Assembly (NCBI GenBank): GCA_964016885.1
Contig: OZ024762.1
Location: 15,810,001-15,874,000, forward strand
Direction of reading: 5' to 3'
From: Eledone cirrhosa
Taxonomy: Eukaryota
DNA length: 64,000 nt
Shown here piece by piece: positions 16,644 through 30,115 of the stretch. The translations under genes and the position numbers were made by a program. The notes beneath the pieces were generated by a model. That model worked only from the letters and a program-made list of their open reading frames with translations. It was not told the DNA's origin and made no database searches. Each line of letters begins with the position of its first letter. Within the stretch, counting starts at the first letter, position 1.

Positions 16644-17194
16644 GTTGTTGGTTATAGATGCGTGAGCAATGTGAAGGGATAGCACTAGAGATCACAGATT
16701 AAGATGTAAATATCTCTCTCTCCCCATCTCATCTATTTTTGTCCATCTTTGTCATCTCCAAACACCTTTTATCCATATTTTTATCTTTTTTTTTCCACCA
16801 TTTTCTTCTAATCAATATTTACAACCTTCAAATAGAAAATAAAATATTGCTGTTATTGTTGTTGTTGTAGGTATTGTAGCTGTTGTTGTTGTTGTTGTTA
16901 GTGTTGTTGTTATTGTTGGTGGTGTTGTTGGTGTTGTAGTTGCTGTTGTTGTTCTAGGTGTTGTTATTGTTTAAGTAGTTGTTATTGTTTTAGTAGTTGT
17001 TATAGTTGTTGTTGTTGTTGTTGTTGTTTAAAATATAGTTACTATAGCAACCAGCAATATTTCTTCCTCCTCTTATATCATCTCTGTTGACTTTAATTAA
17101 CTTTGATTTTTTTTTATCTCCTATCTTCATTTGGTTTTTTTTTTATGTATGTGTGTGTATATATATATATATATGAGAGTGTATGTATATATAT

Positions 17195-17225
<31 letters not shown>

Positions 17226-17305
17226 GAGTGTATGTATATATATGTGTGTGTGTGCATATATATATATATATATAAATATGTGTGTGTGTGTATATATATA
17301 TATGA

Positions 17306-17348
<43 letters not shown>

Positions 17349-17902
17349 TGTGTATATATGTATATATATATATGTGTATGTATGTATATATGTATATATA
17401 TATATGTGTATGTATGTATATATATATATATATGAGTGTATCTATATATATATTTATATATGTTGCTGTTTGTGTTCTTTTTTTTCTTTCTTTTTATCAA
17501 TTTTCAAGTTGTTTTTTTTTTGTTTTACGGGAACAAAGGAAAAAAAATATTTTGCCACAAAATAACAATAGAGAAATTACTGAATCAAAAGATGATGATG
17601 GTGATGATGATGATGGTGATGGTGATGGTGATGATGGTGATGGTGATGGTGGTGGTGGTGATGATGATGATGGTGGTGGTGGTTTTTTAATATATTGTTT
17701 CTAATTTACGAACAACACCAGAAATTCCGGGATGGGAGGGGGTAAAGTTGATTACATCGATCCCTGTCCCTGTTCCGCATCCCCCAGTATGTGACTGGTA
17801 CTTTTTTTTTTTTTTTTCCATCAACCCCTGGCAAAGATGAAAGTGCAGAGATGACCTTGCCAAGATTTGAACTGAGAATGTAAAGAACTTCAACAAATAT
17901 AT

Positions 17903-18330
17903 ACTTCTAGTTTAGGCACAAGGCCAGCAACTTGGGGGGAGGGGAAAGTCGATTTAATCGACCCCAGTACATTACTGGTACTTTATATTATCGACCCCCG
18001 TAAGGATGAAAGGCAAAGTTAACCTCGAAGGGATTTGAACTCAGACCGTAAAGGGACGTAACTCTATGCTGCAATGCATGGCGTCCGACCCTCTACCGAT
18101 ACTGCCAATCCACCGACCTCATACTTCTAAATAATTGTTTCTACTTTTGGCACGGGGCCAGCAATTATCCCAGTGTATTACTGGTACTTTATTTTATCGA
18201 CCCCCGTAAGGATGAAAGGTAAAGTCAACCTCGAAGGGATTTGAACTCAGACCGCAAAGGGGCGTAACTCTATGGTGCAAAGCATGGCGTCCGGCCCTCT
18301 ACCGATACTGCCAATCCACCGACCTCATAC
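17903..18330 (-). mobile_element. Two tandem family-A SINEs
   Basis: Two reverse-complement matches to the 56034-56220 copy. Confidence 0.85.
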
Positions 18331-18499
18331 TTCTAATGACAGCTGATGGAACAAGGTTTACAAGACTAGAAATGGGTAGTAACTTAACCACTACCATACT
18401 AGTTGATACATTGATCCCCAACAATCGTAAAACAATGAACTAACTCTCTACCTACACCTGACTTCTGTTTTTATTGTTCAAACACACACACACATACAG

Positions 18500-18537
<38 letters not shown>

Positions 18538-18696
18538 GTATAGTTCATAACTGAGAGGAAGGAGTACTCAATACCAAAGAAGAGTTTTAGTATTCATTTT
18601 ATTAAAACAAAATAGTGAGTGAAACTCCAGAGTAACAAGACTCACTATTTACCCTTAATGAAATAAATATATATATATGTATATATATATATATAT

Positions 18697-19612
18697 CATC
18701 ATCATCATCATCATTTTATGTCCGCTCTTCCCTGCTTGCAAGGGTGGGACGGGTCCTATTCAGCACAGCATCTCTCCACTCGTCACGGTCCTTCGTCATC
18801 TCCACCGTGAGCTTCATAGATCTGAGGTCTGTTCTCACCACCTCCGCCCATGTTTTACGTGGTCTTCCTCTACCAGGTCTTCCTTCAACTGGCATTTCCT
18901 GGCACTTCTTCACCCAGTAGTCATCCTCCATGCGCATCACATGTCCATACCACCTCAGTCTCCTCTCCCGTACACTACATTCTATCCCTCTCAGACACAC
19001 AGTTTCTCTCTCAACACATTCATGCTGGGTCGTTCACGCACATTGACACTGCACATCCAACGGAGCATGCTTGCCTCATTTCTCTCCAGCCGTCGCATAT
19101 CCTCGGCAGTTGCTGCCCATGTCTCACTACCATGCAGCATCGCGCTCCTCACACAGGCATCATACAACCCGCCTTTCGTACGCAAGGAGAAACCCTTCTT
19201 CGTCAGCAGAGGAAACAGCTCCCTAAACTTCTTCCAACCCATCCTTATTCTAGATACTATGGCCTCGGAACACCCTCCTCCCATGCTAATCTGATCTCCT
19301 AGGTACCGGAAGCTATCCACCACTTCTATAGCGCCCTCTGCATTGTGTGCATTTTATAGAATTTATGCCAGTTCCTTTTCTGCATATCGAACATGGCCAT
19401 TTCCCTGACGAAATCAGGGTTTTGTCCTCTTTTCTACTCATCAACACTTTTGTCTTAGCTAGGTTCACTCTCAGTCCTCTTGCTTCCAACTGCTGTTTCC
19501 ATAGCCAGAATTTATTCTCTAGCTCCTCTACTGATTCTGCTATAAGAACCAGATCGTCAGCATAGAGAAGTTCCCATGGACAGCCAGTCTTAAACTCCTC
19601 TGTTATGGCTTG
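18697..19612 (-). mobile_element. 5'-truncated RTE-clade LINE (RT C-terminus and 3' end)
   Basis: LLYADDL, FRYLGD, LYDACVRSAMLHGSETW, RRLRWYGHVMR, RGRPRKTW motifs; frameshifts; (GAT)n tail. Confidence 0.92.
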
Positions 19613-19866
19613 TATATATATATTTAGGGAGGGTCATATTGTTATAACATTGCCAGAAATAATAATAAAACACACTCACTATTTGATTGGTTTTCGCTTC
19701 TGTATATTTTATATCCCGATAGTTAATTTAGCTGGCAATCAATATTTATCATTAATTGACCAACAGTTAAAAATATAGATATAAAATATATATATATATA
19801 TATATATACATAGACTATCAACAATCCATTTCATATCAAAAACTTTCCAAAACATATTCATTGCCG

Positions 19867-19950
<84 letters not shown>

Positions 19951-19982
19951 TAGTTATGTAATAAACAACATAAGATAATTAT

Positions 19983-20040
19983 TTCATTTACCAGTGGTTT
20001 CTTGAAAGCAAATAAATGTGCTTTCAGTCGTCAGAATGAA
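19983..20040 (-). ncRNA. Type-I hammerhead ribozyme (ACCACUGGU family)
   Basis: uucauu-CUGACGA-cugaaagca..ugcuuucaa-GAAA-ccacugg-UA-aaugaa. Confidence 0.8.
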
Positions 20041-20202
20041 TAAAACATGGTGTTTTTATTAAATGTGGATTTGAAAACAAAAATATAAGAAATATGAAAG
20101 TGAGGCTGAGGAAACAACGAGCGAGAAGAAAAAAAGGGATATATATATATATGTGTATATATACACACACATATATATATATATATATATAAATGTGTAT
20201 AT

Positions 20203-20288
<86 letters not shown>

Positions 20289-20346
20289 ATCTAAAATAAA
20301 TAAATAAACAAACATACACAAACTCGACCACGCGCATATACTTAAA

Positions 20347-20384
<38 letters not shown>

Positions 20385-20455
20385 GCTACAATGGGATACC
20401 AGCATTCACATGAAAATTTAGTAGTATGATCAATTTTTGGAAATCTTTTATAGGA

Positions 20456-20561
20456 CTGGTGGCTGATGACAATTCCTTCGTCTGGAACTTGTTGGTTATG
20501 GATTTATAATTAATCAATGACCAGTGGATTCTCCACGGAATTTGAAACAGTAATCTACCAG
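20456..20561 (+). ncRNA. Degenerate hammerhead with long stem II
   Basis: cuggugg-CUGAUGA-caauucc...ggaauuu-GAAA-cag-UA-au-cuaccag; stem I pairs over 7 bp but the cleavage junction has 2 extra nt. Confidence 0.5.
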
Positions 20562-20779
20562 CTTAGAAATGGGTCTTTGTAGTCCAGCGGATTTTAATGT
20601 TTTCCATATGTTAATCCGTTGATACAATAATTACATTGTTTTCAGAGCTTTAGGCTTCTGGCTGGGATATTGTATTACAATTACTCCTCTGCATATGCTA
20701 CAAATGAATTTGTTGAGCAAATAGTAAACAACAGGATCAAATCACTGGATATCGATCTAGACTTTCACTATTATTATTG

Positions 20780-20996
20780 GGCGGTGGATTGGCAGTATTG
20801 GTAAAGCATCGTGCTTCGTGGCATAGAGTTACGGCCCTTTACATTCAGAGTTCATCTCCTGATGAGGTTAACTTTACCTTTGATCCTTCGAGGGTTGATA
20901 AAATAAAATACCAGTAACACAATGGGGACGATATAATCTACTTTCCCCATCCCCCATAAATTACTGGTTTTGTGCCAATCTTAGAAAAAATTATTA
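20780..20996 (+). mobile_element. Family-A SINE, diverged
   Basis: ggcggtggattggcagtattggt...gagttcatctcc...gataaaataaaataccag. Confidence 0.75.
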
Positions 20997-21484
20997 TTCA
21001 TAGTAGTAGTAGTAGTAGTAGTATTGGTGTTGGTGATGATGGTAGTAGTGGTGATAGTAGTAATAGTAGTAGTAGTGATAGTAATAGTAGTAGTGGTGGT
21101 ACTAGTAGTAGTATTGGTGTTGGTGATGATGGTAGTAGTGGTGGTAGTAGTAGTAGTAGTAGTAGTGGTATATATTTTTATCATTTGTATATCAATTATT
21201 TAATCTAGAAATTTCTTTCCTCCCCCTACCACACACATACACAACACCACCACCACACCTGTCACTTTCTCTCTCTCTATATATATATGTATCTTTCTCT
21301 CTCGCTTTCTTTCTCCCACCCTTTCTCTATCTCTCTCTCTCTCTCTGTATATATATATATGTATCTCTCTCCCTTTCTCTCTCCCTCTCTCTCTCTCTCC
21401 CTCTCTCTCTCTCTCTGTATATATATATATATATGTACCTCTCTCCCTCTCTCTCTCTGTATATATATATATGTACCTCTCTCC

Positions 21485-21524
<40 letters not shown>

Positions 21525-21968
21525 ATATATACTCTCTCGCAATCTCTCTCTCTCACCCACGTGCCACACTTTTCTAATTCAAACCCCACCACCCATCCCA
21601 ATCTGCTCCCTGTCATTCAACGCCTTCTCCCCCCCCCCCCGGCTCCCTCACAGCTCTACCTCCACCCTCCCCTCCATCTTATGCTCATGTTGTTATTGTT
21701 ACAGTCAATCCACAAGATTCCATCATCGTTGTTTGATAAATCTTTTCCCTGATTTGTACTGACATCAACTAAAACATTAATCTCTCACTCTCTCCAGCTC
21801 TCTCTCTCTCTAGCGCTCTATATAGCTCTGTCTCTCTCTCACTCGCACTCTCTCTCACTCTATCTACCTCTCTCTCTAGTGCTCTATATAGCTCTGTCTC
21901 TCTCACTCTCACTCTCACTCTCTCTCTATCTACCTCTCTCTCTAGTGCTCTATATAGCTGTCTCTCTA

Positions 21969-22006
<38 letters not shown>

Positions 22007-22507
22007 CCTCTCTCTCTCTATCACTCTCTCTCTATCTACCTCTCTCTCTCTCTCTCTACCCCTCTCTCTAGCGCTCTGTATAGCTCTGTCTCACTCTCTC
22101 TCTCTATCTACCTCTCTCTCTAGGGCTCTATATGGCTCTGTCTTTCTCTCACTCTCTCTATCTATCTCTCTCTTTCTCTACTTCTGTCTTTACCTTTGTT
22201 TCTCTCCCTACCTCTCTCTCTATCTCTACCTCTCTATCTCTACCTTTCTCTCTCTACATCTCTCTCTATCTCTACCTCTTTCTCTACCTCTCTCTCTTCT
22301 CTACCTCTACCTCTCTCTCTATCTCTACCTCTCTATCTCTACCTCTACCTCTCTATCTCTACCTCTCTCTCTATCTCTACCTCTCTCTCTGCCTCTCTCT
22401 CTTTCTCTATCTCTACTTCTCTCTCTCTTTCTCTATCTCTACCTCTCTCTCTTTCTCTATCTCTACCTCTCTCTCTCTTTCTCTATCTCTACCTCTCTCT
22501 CTATCTC

Positions 22508-22556
<49 letters not shown>

Positions 22557-22726
22557 CTCTACCTCTATTCTAAACCCAACACCCTAACCACTAAGCCATG
22601 TACCACCCCCCCTTCTAATATGTCTTTAATATCTCAGTAACATTCTGATCTTCATTTCTCTACAATGGCTAATTAAATACACATCCTGTCTTCCTTGTCT
22701 TTCAATTTATTCTTCTCTCTCTCATT

Positions 22727-22765
22727 CTCTCTTCTGATGAAAGACTGGTCTCTGAAACATCGAGA
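22727..22765 (+). ncRNA. Degenerate minimal hammerhead
   Basis: CUGAUGA-aagac(ug)gucucu-GAAA-ca-UC-gaga; stems I and III weak. Confidence 0.35.
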
Positions 22766-22956
22766 TTCTGTTCCTTCTATATCAAGTGTTAAACTAATAT
22801 ATTATCATCATTATACTGTATTGTTCTTACATTTGGTTTTCTATGGTTTTCTTTTTTCACATATATTTATATATATGCATACACATACACACACACACAT
22901 GCATACACACACACACACACATGCATACACACACACACATATATACATATATATAT

Positions 22957-23093
<137 letters not shown>

Positions 23094-23362
23094 CTATATA
23101 TATATATATATATATAACGAAGGAAAAGTGGTAAGGAACCAGGTGGACCATAACGCACCAAAGTACTCAATACTTAGGGTAGTAGAGTGGGTAATAGGAA
23201 CGAGTAGGACCCCGACGGGTGAGCTCAAGCCGTTTCGACAGCTAATTCTGGGCTCTTGTCCCAGAATTACCCGTCGAAACGGCTTGAGCTCAGCCGTCGG
23301 GGTCCTACTCGTTCCTATATATATATATATATAGTTATGTAATAAACAACATAAGGCAATTA

Positions 23363-23423
23363 TTTCATTTACCAGTGGTTTCTTAAAAGCAAACAAATTT
23401 TGCTTTCAATCATCAGAATGAAA
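23363..23423 (-). ncRNA. Type-I hammerhead ribozyme, left arm of palindrome
   Basis: Exact reverse complement of 23487-23547. Confidence 0.85.
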
Positions 23424-23486
23424 AAATCCTGGTGTATTTATTGACTTTGATTTTTAAAACCAATGTCAATAAATACACCAGGATTT

Positions 23487-23547
23487 TTTCATTCTGATGA
23501 TTGAAAGCAAAATTTGTTTGCTTTTAAGAAACCACTGGTAAATGAAA
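23487..23547 (+). ncRNA. Type-I hammerhead ribozyme, right arm of palindrome
   Basis: uuucauu-CUGAUGA-uugaaagcaa(aauuugu)uugcuuuuaa-GAAA-ccacugg-UA-aaugaaa; intact core and three stems. Confidence 0.85.
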
Positions 23548-23643
23548 TAATTGCCTTATGTTGTTTATTACATAACTATTAAGCTCTGTTACCTACATAG
23601 AGCACTCTTTTTTCCTGGACCTTTCTGACGGAATTACTTCATT

Positions 23644-23749
<106 letters not shown>

Positions 23750-23844
23750 ATTATTTCCATTAATAAAACAATGTTTTGATCTCTGGAAACTCTTTGGTTG
23801 TACTTCAATATATACATACATATATATATATATATATTATATAT

Positions 23845-23931
<87 letters not shown>

Positions 23932-24048
23932 CATATATATATATAAGTTTATATATCTGTTATGATGATGATGATGATGATATATATATATGTATATATA
24001 CATATATATATATATAAGTTTATATATCTGTTATGATGATGATGATAT

Positions 24049-24100
<52 letters not shown>

Positions 24101-24213
24101 CATATATATATATAAGTTTATATATCTGTTATGATGATGATGATGATGATATATATATATGTATATATACATATATATATATATAAGTTTATATATCTGT
24201 TATGATGATGATG

Positions 24214-24264
<51 letters not shown>

Positions 24265-24390
24265 CATATATATATATAAGTTTATATATCTGTTATGATG
24301 ATGATGATGATATATATATATGTATATATATACATATATATATATATAAGTTTATATATCTGTTATGATGATGATGATGATATATATATA

Positions 24391-24444
<54 letters not shown>

Positions 24445-24786
24445 TATATGTAAGTTTATATGTCTGTTATGATGATGATGATGATGATGATGATATATAT
24501 ATATATATAAAAGTGGTCTGCCGAGAATTGAAATCTATAAGGTTTGATCCCATTATGCATCTCACAGGACTGCAGGTTACATCTGATAATATATATATAT
24601 ATAAATGATGCAAGCTGGCTAATATATATATATATGGCCACTGCTGCACATGTGGGTTGCATATTTACTTTTCAATATATATATTAATGCTTCTGGGAAT
24701 TCTCCCTGCAATTTGCTTGTGCATGTTTTATAAAGCTACTATTACATATATGTGTATGTATGTATATATATATATGTGTGTGTATG

Positions 24787-24819
<33 letters not shown>

Positions 24820-25001
24820 ATATAAATGGATATGTGTATTTATATATGTATGTATGTATATATATATGTGTGTGTGTGTGTGTATATATAAATGGATATG
24901 TGTATTTATATATGTATGTATGCATATATATATGTGTGTGTGTGTATATATATATAAATGGATATGTGTATTTATATATGTATATATGCATATTATATAT
25001 A

Positions 25002-25047
<46 letters not shown>

Positions 25048-25330
25048 GTTCTTGAGTAACCAATCTTAAAGAGAGAGAGTTAGATAGGAGAGGAGAGATT
25101 GGTGAATTAGTTAGAAGCCAAAGCGTAAAGGCATGTGCTCAATGTGCAATATGCAGTAGAAAGCAGCCAGGTTGCTGGGTTCATGCAGAAGTTAGGCGCG
25201 CAGAGCTGGAAATATTCATTAGTTAAGCAAAACAAGACCACAATTTCACAAGGAAGACATTATTAAAAGATTGTCAACATATTTTAGTTTGATGCAAGGA
25301 ATGTAGAGAATAATAATAATAATATTAATA

Positions 25331-25690
25331 ATAATTGTTTCTACTATTGGCACAAGGCCAGCAATTACCCAGTACATTACTGGTACTTTATTTTATCGAC
25401 CCCGTAAGGATGAAGGGCAAAGTTAACCTCGGCGGGATTTGAACTCAGAATGGCAAGGGCCGTAACTCTATGCGTCAAAGCATGGCGTCCGACCCTCTAC
25501 CGATACTGCCAATTCACAATAATAATTGTTTCTACTATTGGCACAAGGCCAGCAAATACCCAGTACATTACTGGTACTTTATTTTATCGACCCCGTAAGG
25601 ATGAAAGGCAAAGTTAACCTCGGCGGGATTTGAACTCATAATGGCAAGGGCCGTAACTCTATGCGTCAAAGCATGGTGTCCAACCCTCTA
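25331..25690 (-). mobile_element. Two tandem family-A SINEs
   Basis: Two near-identical head-to-tail copies abutting the PLE RT fragment. Confidence 0.85.
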
Positions 25691-25980
25691 TTTTTATCAG
25701 CATTAAAATTCAAATTATTATTGTCTATATATTCTATATTATTTTTATAACCTGCCTTTCTTAGCGCATCATTGTAATATCCTGCTTTTTCATCAAATAT
25801 GGATTTATTAGCAGATATTCTAGTTATGCGTTTCTGTACACCATTGACAATTGCATTTTTCACAGATTTAGGGTGATTAGAGTAATAACTAACGTAATTT
25901 AAGTTTTCATTGGGCTTATGGAAAGGGTAATAAAAACCAGAGTTTAAGTTAAAGGTAACATCAAGGAAATTAACTATTTA
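25690..25980 (-). mobile_element. Penelope-like element RT C-terminal/thumb fragment
   Basis: Translates IVNFLDVTFNLNSGFYYPFHKPNENLNYVSYYSNHPKSVKNAIVNGVQKRITRIS...ALRKAGY, with the typical PLE FLDV..KP..Y...SNHP signature. Confidence 0.85.
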
Positions 25981-26130
25981 ACTATTTAACTATTTAGCTA
26001 ATTAACTATGTAGGTTTTTTTCATGTTCTCAATATTAAGGTACATAAATATTGAGTTTTGTCATATATTACTCACTACCATGACTGAATCTTAACCATCT
26101 ACTATGTCAGGGTATGTCATGCATCATTTT

Positions 26131-26195
26131 ATTTTACCTGATGAGGACGTACGGTTGAAGTTAACTCAGTACCTCTGAAATATGTATAATAAAAT
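26131..26195 (+). ncRNA. Type-I hammerhead ribozyme beside (antisense to) the PLE RT fragment
   Basis: auuuuac-CUGAUGA-ggacguac..guaccucu-GAAA-uaugua-UA-auaaaau; imperfect stems. Confidence 0.6.
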
Positions 26196-26260
26196 ATACT
26201 TGATCACAAGAATATCTATTTTGTTAATATTTTGAATTATATATATATATATATATATGC

Positions 26261-26303
<43 letters not shown>

Positions 26304-27010
26304 ATATTAACAAATGGAAACTATATTTATATAGTTTCCATTTGTTAATATATCGTATTTTTACTCCAATAATTTGTTGAGTGCTTTATATCAGTTATAA
26401 AAATATTTGCTTGTTGTATCCCAACAATTTAAATAGAACTTCTACATATATATATATATACAATATATTTAGAAACACACAGATACATGCGGACACACAC
26501 ATATACATGAAAGCATCCGCACCCAACCGTGAGTTAAGGGTGCCAACTTCACCGATGTTGCTCAATGAATGACTGGGACAGACCAATCCGGTTGAACCAG
26601 ACTGAACCAGTATCAGAGTTAAAAATACATTATGAAGAGAGAAGAAACATTTAGATATAATTAGTAATAAAATGTATCATACCTAAACTGCTCCTAGATT
26701 CCTCGACTACATAGTTTCGTGGCATAAACAAAAACAATACATCATAAAGATATAGAGTCCTTGCGAGGTCTGCCGACTTATTAAGAGGATACCTCATATA
26801 TATATATATATAGGAACAAGTAAGACCCCGACGGCTGAGCTCAAGCCGTTTCGACGGCTAATTCTGTACTGAATTAGCCGTCGAAACGGCTTGAGCTCAG
26901 CCGTCGGGGTCTTACTTGTTCCTATTACCCACTCTGCTACCCTAAGTATTGAGTACTTTGGTGCGTTATGGTCCACCTGGTTCCTTACCACATTTCCTTC
27001 GTTATATATA

Positions 27011-27057
<47 letters not shown>

Positions 27058-27176
27058 CATCATCATCATCATCATCATCATTTGATGTCTATCTATCTTT
27101 CAAGCTAGCATGGGTTAGACGGAAGTTGTCCCACTTGAGGCAAGATTGGTCGGGTGACCGTGTCTTGCTAGTATAG

Positions 27177-27217
<41 letters not shown>

Positions 27218-27259
27218 TATATAAAGAAAACAATGTAGTTAGATTTTTATTCCGTTTTG

Positions 27260-27338
27260 ACCTATTACACATGTTTCACAGAGGATTGGCTCAAGGTCCC
27301 CCATAGGAGTTATAGACTTTACTGCTCTTCAGACTGGT
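27260..27338 (-). ncRNA. Degenerate type-I hammerhead
   Basis: accagu-CUGAAGA-gcag..cugu-GAAA-caugug-UA-auaggu; stem I imperfect. Confidence 0.5.
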
Positions 27339-27640
27339 GATGCAACAAAAAATACAGTGTTTGTCTGAAAGAGCTCAATACACAATAAAAATCTAAATAC
27401 ATGCAAACCAAACTTCATTGTTTTTCTGAGATCTGCGTTCTCAAATCATTTTCCTCTGTACATTGCCTTGAACCATGTCGTCAGAAGGAGCCCTTGCCCT
27501 TGTGTAAGTGTGACTCACACAAATGGCATTGTGGGACCTTGGTCAAACAGTTTGAACAACGTCCTTGCTCTCCTGTCACCAAAGTTCAGGGGTGAGTTCA
27601 CTTAGTTCATTGGCTTGACCAACATTGTCAGAAAGATCCT

Positions 27641-28438
27641 TTAACCCTTTAGCATTTACATTACTCTATATATACAATTGTATTTTCACAGTAAAGGCTT
27701 TACCTCACATAATATCTCACACAACATTTACATTACTCTATATATACTATTGTATTTTCACAGTAAAGGCTTTACCTCACATAATATCTCACATAGCATT
27801 TACATTACACTATATATACTATTGTATTTTCACAGTAAAGGCTTTACCTCACATAATATCTCACATAGCATTTACATTACTCTATATATACTATTGTATT
27901 TTCACAGTAAAGGCTTTACCTCACATAATATCTCACATAGCATTTACATTACACTATATATACTATTGTATTTTCACAGTAAAGGCTTTACCTCACATAA
28001 TATCTCACATAACATTTACATAACTCTATAAATACTATTGTATTTTCGCAGTAAAGGCTTTACCTCACATATCTCACATAACATTTACATAACTCTATAA
28101 ATACTATTGTATTTTCACAGTAAAGGCTTTACCTCACATATCTCACATAACATTTACATTACTCTATATATACTATTGTATTTTCACAGTAAAGGCTTTA
28201 CCTCACATAATACCTCACATAACATTTACATAACTCTATATATACTATTGTATTTTCACAGTAAAGGCTTTACCTCACATAATATCTCACATAATATTGA
28301 ATCTATGAGATTTTGATATTATTTATTTTGAGAACAATACCTTAACATCAGTATGAGTGGCCAGTTACAGCCAGTTTGAACAGAAAGAGGTGAGAGAGTT
28401 CTGACCAGATGCCGCGGGTTTAAATGCTAAAGTGTTAA
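27641..28438. mobile_element. piggyBac-type MITE (TTAA ends) with internal 72-bp array (~9 units)
   Basis: ttaa-ccctttagcattta ... taaatgctaaagtg-ttaa terminal inverted repeats. Confidence 0.75.
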
Positions 28439-28760
28439 CATGGTTAGTTTCCCATCCCACCTGGAGTCTGCCAACACCAACTGTGGCAATAGCAAGTACC
28501 CAGACTTGATTAAACCTCTTCAGTTTTGAAGGAAGAAATTCTTTAACGAATCAACTTCTGACTGCCGTAACAAAATCTATATAAAGACTCTGTCAGTAAT
28601 TACTAATTAGCATTCCATTTAGTTAATTACTAATTGGAGGTTTGAGAATCTTCTAGAAATAGTAGTTAATATCTCACCCTTAAATCTCATCTCACACCTT
28701 TTATTTTTATTACTCTAGAGATTCCATTCATGATGTTGTTGTTACTGTTGTTGTTGTTAC

Positions 28761-28798
<38 letters not shown>

Positions 28799-29242
28799 CT
28801 GTTACTGTTGTTGTTTTTATTGTTGTTGATATTACTGTTGTTGTTGTTGTTACTGTTGTTGTTGTTGTTACTGTTGGTATTACTGTTGTTATTATTGTTA
28901 CTGTTGTTGTTGTTGGTATTACTGCTGTTGTTATTGTTGTTACTGTTGTTATTGTTTTTGTTGTTGTTACTGTTGTTACTGTTGTTGTTGTTGTTGTTGT
29001 TTTCCACCAAAATGTGTGAGTTTACATCTCAAATTTATTATTTTCTAATTCGGAGTGGGGAGGGGGAGAAAAAGAGAGAGAGGGAGAGACAGGGGGGGGG
29101 AACAAAGGGAGGATGTTGTGTTTGGTTTTAGTTTCTTTAATTTAAATAATAATTATTATTATTGTTATTTTTGAAAAAAAGGTACACCTATATATATATA
29201 CAAATACACATATATGTAGACACATACACACATATATGTAGT

Positions 29243-29312
<70 letters not shown>

Positions 29313-29394
29313 CATATATATCGATACATATATATATATATACATATATATATTTATGCATGCATATATATATAGATATATGTACATGTATATG

Positions 29395-29427
<33 letters not shown>

Positions 29428-29461
29428 GTGTATATATATGCATATGAATGTATATATATAT

Positions 29462-29507
<46 letters not shown>

Positions 29508-29587
29508 ATATATATATATGTGTGTATATATATATATACATATGTATATATATACATATGTATAAATATACATATATATATATATAC

Positions 29588-29628
<41 letters not shown>

Positions 29629-30076
29629 ATGTATGTTTCTTTTTTTTATATATTTTATTCTGATTCCATTTTTATTGTTTCATTAATTATGGCAGTGTTG
29701 TTGTTGTTGTTGTTGTTGTTGGTTGTTGTTGTTGTTGTAAAATATTTGTCAAATTTATTTTTTAATTTAAGTTATTGCATTTATTTATTGATATATTTAT
29801 TTTTTATATTTGAATTTTCTATCATCTTTGTTGTTGATGTTGTTGTTGCTGTTGTCATTGTTGTCATTTTTGTTATTGCTGTCATTGTTGTCGTTATTAC
29901 TGTTATCATTGTTGTTGTTGTTGTTGTTGTCGTCGTCGTTGTTTTTGTTGTTGTTGTTGTTTTGTTGATGGAAGAGAAAGTATTTTTAATTTCAGATTCT
30001 GATAAATTTATTTTTATTTCACTTTGACTGTAAACACCCCCACCCCACACACCCTACACACACACACTCACACACT

Positions 30077-30115
<39 letters not shown>

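Larger units (their letters stand above)
15033..16704 (-). mobile_element. Probable non-autonomous Helitron carrying two minisatellite arrays
   Basis: The minus-strand 3' end is hairpin gctcg-gcaacaa-cgggc, 7 nt, then CTAG|T. Candidate 5' A|TC at 16704 is less certain. Confidence 0.55.
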
